Both the position numbers and the translations under genes were made by a program. A DNA stretch of 64,000 nucleotides from Macrostomum hystrix (lineage: Eukaryota; Animalia; Platyhelminthes): positions 22,878,001-22,942,000 of the forward strand of contig CATNEN010000038.1 of assembly GCA_950097015.1 (NCBI GenBank), written 5' to 3'. The notes under the pieces were generated by a model. That model saw only the letters and a program-made list of their open reading frames with translations. It was not told the origin of the DNA and ran no database searches. This document shows positions 59,909-64,000 of the stretch, piece by piece; position 1 is the stretch's first letter; each line of letters opens with the position of its first letter.

Positions 59909-62900
59909 ATGGATGAGTATTTACCTGTAAGTAATATTACATACACACATTAACTAGCATAGCCTAATCCGCCTTGGGTTGGCATTCGGCTTTACTTGAG
60001 GCTTTGCATGTAAAATTAATGTTTTTTATATTTGGAAATCTATTTCTTGGAAACTTTGTCATCTGCTTATTCAAATGTTTATCATTGCTACATTTTACTT
60101 CATAAATCATTGTTATTTTAATAACAATTCCTTATATAAGTGCTTATTTACGTTTTTTAGCAACTCAAATGACAGAGTAAGAAGTGTTAGTGAAGTGACT
60201 ATTTGTCTGTGATTACTTTAATGCTCTTAATTGAAAAATAAACCCTGTTTAGTAGGTAGTTGCTTTCCTTTCACATTCTCGGCTTGGGACCAGACAGTGG
60301 TGGATGGAGTTACAACCCACAGTTCCAAGATGGCAAGAACCATATATTTTGGTCACTTTTGTATCAGGATGTTATTTAAAAATAGTCTAAAAAGCTGGGT
60401 TCTTTCTTTTAAAAAACTATTGGTCCAAGCAGTGTTGAATACATTACTTGTTACTAGTTACAAATTGGGTAATGATTATTGTCTATTACTTTAATCTGAT
60501 GACAATTTTGTACTGTCATCAATCATCAATATTATCAATCTAATCTAAAATATTCATGTCATATCATGGCTACTAAACCTTAGCCCAAAATGGTCAAGAT
60601 CAGTTTACAGATCTTGTCAAACATCAAGGACAATGTTTGAGTAAACAAGTACAACATATTATATGATTAATGACCAATAAACAAAGCTAAACATATAAAA
60701 TTTATAATCTGCTTACCTAAAAATCTGATTTATATTAAAAGTTTAGATAAACAGAAAGTAACAATTAAAAGTAAAAACTACTACACTATTCTTTGGTATT
60801 TTTTGTTACCCAATTTTTTTATTATAAAATGGTCGGTAACAATAATTACCACCATCAAAGTTACTTTTTGGTAACATACCTAGCACAGTTGACTTGCAAA
60901 AATGATAGCTAAGATAGGGCAGGGAGTAGAACATTTTTTACCTTTGTGAAAACTGGTTCGAATTGTAATAACAATGTTTGCTTGAACTTTTATAGATAAT
61001 AATCTTTTTTGTAGACAATATAATTGTGTTGCTTTTTTACTTATAACTTTACTAAGTTACTAATTCCACTTGACAATTCGAAACAATTTTTAATATATTT
61101 TAGCCTATAGATGAGTCGGCTGCTTTCATCAATGAGATTGATCCCAGCAAGCCACTACCAATTGATGTGGAAGCACTGCAAGCTATTAAGTTTGAGTCTG
61201 AAGATCCTGATGGTATGTTTCAGTTTAAATGTACTTATAAAGCAGCCTTTGAAACATAATAAGTGCAGGAGGGCCTGTGGGCAATGGCACACCAATTTGA
61301 CACTAGACTCGCTGCCAGCAAGGAGGCAATTCTGCCCATTTTGCTGACTCCTGAGCACACACACACATACATATACTGTACGTAGGCACACACACATGCG
61401 TGTACCACTGCCCTGAAAATCTCATCTTCAGGCAGGGTACACTCACTGTGCCTTGAAGGTTGGCCCTCAGTGGCTTAAATTGCACGAAAAACCCCCAAGC
61501 CTTCTCAGAGACCTTGATGCAAGATCCAAACTCGTTAACCACTCTGCCACTGACCCCCTAATTTAAACGCAACACATTGCTAGGTTTTTATATACCTTAA
61601 ATAAATGATTTCCAGAAGCGGCGCGTAGCTATAGAGAGGAGGGTAATTATCATTTCAAGCGTCGCGAGTTCGAATCCGCCAGAGACAATTACACTGGTGG
61701 CCTCAAAGCCGGCTGCACCAATCCGGAGACTCTAGCCGTGCTGTACACCAACCGGGCCGCAGCTGAGTTTCATTTAAAAAACTACGGCAGCTGTTATCGC
61801 GATTGTGCCAAAGCTAAGCAGCTCAAACCGGATCACTACAGGTTAGCGCTATCTGGTTGCTATGGCGTGTTGGCCGGCCTATCTAGCCTCACTTTTTTAT
61901 TCTATTAAGTCTGTCACTTATCCAATCGAGTCCATCAATAATCCAATCGAGTCCATCAATAATCCAATCGAGTCCATCAAAAATCCAATCGAGTCCATCA
62001 GAAATCCAATCGATTTCATCACTAATCCAACGAATCCATCAATAATCCAATCGAGTCCATCAAAAATCCAATCGAGTCCATCAAAAATCCAATCGAGTCT
62101 ATCAAAAATCCAATCGAGTCGATCACTTATCCAATCGAGTCCATCAATAATCTTATCGAGTCTATAAAAATATATAATTGATATATATCTATTCTGTTAT
62201 TCCGTATATCGTACGTATTACTTATATTTTTTGTTATTGTGACTTATTTAAGCTTCAAACTCGTCTATCGCTACTATTAGTAAAGGCTCTATTTACTAAA
62301 AATTGCTAATTGATTTGCCTCTCTGCCAACTAAAGGGCGCACGAGCGCGGCGCCCGAGCTCTCCTAGCCCTGGAGCGGCACTCAGACTGCGCCGCCTGGT
62401 GCGACGAAGCCCTCGGCCTTTGGGTCGCCGATCCCGAACTGCTTCGCTTGTCTACTGAGGCTCGGCGTCTAGCCGAGGCCCGCGCTGCCAAGTCTCGCCG
62501 AGAAGCCGCCGCCGGTCGTCGAGCCGACCGACAATTAGCCGAGGTGGCGTCGGCTCTGGCGCGGCGCGGGGTTCGAATCCGGCCCGGCACCGGCCGTCTG
62601 GAGATGCCCGACGACGCCTCGGTGGAATTTGTCGACGATGAAAACCGCGGCGTCGAGGGAGAACGCTTACTGCGCTATCCGGTGCTGCTGTTGTATCCGG
62701 AGTTCGGCCAGACTGACTTCCTGCGTGGCGTTGACGAGACTGTCACTTTAGGCCAGGTTAGGGACTCTCCGGGCTAAGATTCGAACCCCCGACCTCTCGA
62801 GCAGAAGTCCAATAAATCTCTAGTTTACAGCTAGCGATCCTTCTCTCCCTTATATTCCTAGGTCGCAGCTACCGTATTCGATCTGGAGCAAGAGCCGGCC

Positions 62901-63143
62901 GCTTGGAACAATGGCCATTCCTACACGCCAGATAATGTTGAATTCTATTTAGACCGCTGCTCTACCGAAGATACAGCGGTTGCGGCATCTAAGTCGCCCG
63001 AAGCGCTTGACAAACGACTGACCCTAGCCGAGGTGTTGCAACGGCCGGATGCTGCTTTGACTGGTTCCGTTCTACTGCTAACTGTCCTCCGTCCTGGCGC
63101 CTATCTTGATCGATGGCTCAAGGAATGGTGGGACTCGCGTTGA
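59909..63143 (+). CDS. TTC4: TPR co-chaperone TTC4/Cns1
   Basis: Exons 61104-61212, 61616-61841, 62336-62756 and 62862-63143 splice in frame. Motifs EALQAIKFE, YREEGNYHFK, LAVLYTNRAAA, YPVLLLYPEFGQTDFL and LTLAEVLQ. The first exon (59909-59926, MDEYLP|GTAAGT) is tentative. Confidence 0.88.
61256..61558 (-). mobile_element. tRNA-derived SINE, family 1, copy D (diverged, TTC4 intron)
   Basis: Homologous to copies A and B, with a deletion in the head. Confidence 0.75.
61920..62162. repeat. 21-bp intronic minisatellite
   Basis: AATCCAATCGAGTCCATCAAT units. Confidence 0.9.
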
Positions 63144-63264
63144 CCTTGTTTAACAAATTGTTAGTTAAATATTTTCAGTTACTTGTTGTGGCTTTATCGT
63201 GTCTTTAATAGTCTCAGAAAGTATTGTGCAAATTGGCCTTTTAATCCAGTTCTAGTTTAGATGG

Positions 63265-63985
63265 TAAATCAGGTGTTTAATTCGTCTGTAATTAGTAGTT
63301 AATTAGTCTGTAATTCTGGTGTTTATTAGTCTGTAATTCGGGTGTTAATTGGTCTGTAATTCTGGTGTTAATTAGTCTGTAATTCTGGTGTTTATTAGTC
63401 TGTAATTCGGGTGTTAATTGGTCTGTAATTCTGGTGTTAATTGGTCTGTAATTCTGGTGTTTATTAGTCTGTAATTCTGGTGTTAATTAGTCTGTAATTC
63501 GGGTGTTAATTGGTCTGTAATTCTGGTGTTAATTGGTCTGTAATTCGGGTGTTTATTAGTCTGTAATTCTGGTGTTAATTAGTCTGTAATTCTGGTGTTT
63601 ATTAGTCTGTAATTCGGGTGTTAATTGGTCTGTAATTCTGGTGTTTATTAGTCTGTAATTCTGGTGTTTATTAGTCTGTAATTCTGGTGTTAATTAGTCT
63701 GTAATTCTGGTGTTAATTGGTCTGTAATTCTGGTGTTAATTGGTCTGTAATTCTGGTGTTAATTGGTCTGTAATTCTGGTGTTTATTAGTCTGTAATTCG
63801 GGTGTTAATTGGTCTGTAATTCGGGTGTTAATTGGTCTGTAATTCGGGTGTTAATTACTCTGTAATTCGTGTTAATGAATCTGTAATTCGGGTGTTAATT
63901 GGTCTGTAATTCGGTTGTTAATGAATCTGTAATTCTGGTGTTAATTGGTCTGTAATTCGGGTGTTAATTACTCTGTAATTCATGT
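63265..63985. repeat. 23-bp minisatellite
   Basis: GTGTTAATTGGTCTGTAATTCTG units. Confidence 0.93.
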
Positions 63986-64000
63986 TTTAATCAGTCGGTC

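Overview
This is eukaryotic (animal) genomic DNA with GT-AG introns. A flatworm-type orphan GPCR and extreme minisatellite density suggest a Macrostomum-like flatworm (inference only). Host genes recognised: last coding exon of symplekin (7285-8012), a 2-exon orphan class A GPCR (minus), a 3-exon rolling-stone-like membrane protein, a MARCH-type RING-CH ligase with a His-to-Cys ligand change, LACTB2 (minus, 4 exons) head-to-head with TTC4/Cns1, and two orphan CDS candidates. Mobile DNA: the 3' part of a disabled BEL/Pao retrotransposon (1-~4290), a non-autonomous TIR element, a possible Helitron and two tRNA-derived SINE families. About 25 unrelated minisatellite arrays make up roughly a quarter to a third of the window and explain most of the long repetitive ORFs in the track. 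The most striking object is a complete, apparently very young 8,993-bp LTR element (11609-20601, minus). It has two 2,361-bp LTRs with no visible differences, a CCAG target-site duplication inside a 30-bp minisatellite and a tRNA-Leu primer site. It encodes only a truncated capsid-type Gag, with a decayed pol remnant and a duplicated hairpin module. A second highlight is a frame-symmetric exon bracketed by a perfect 73-bp inverted repeat.
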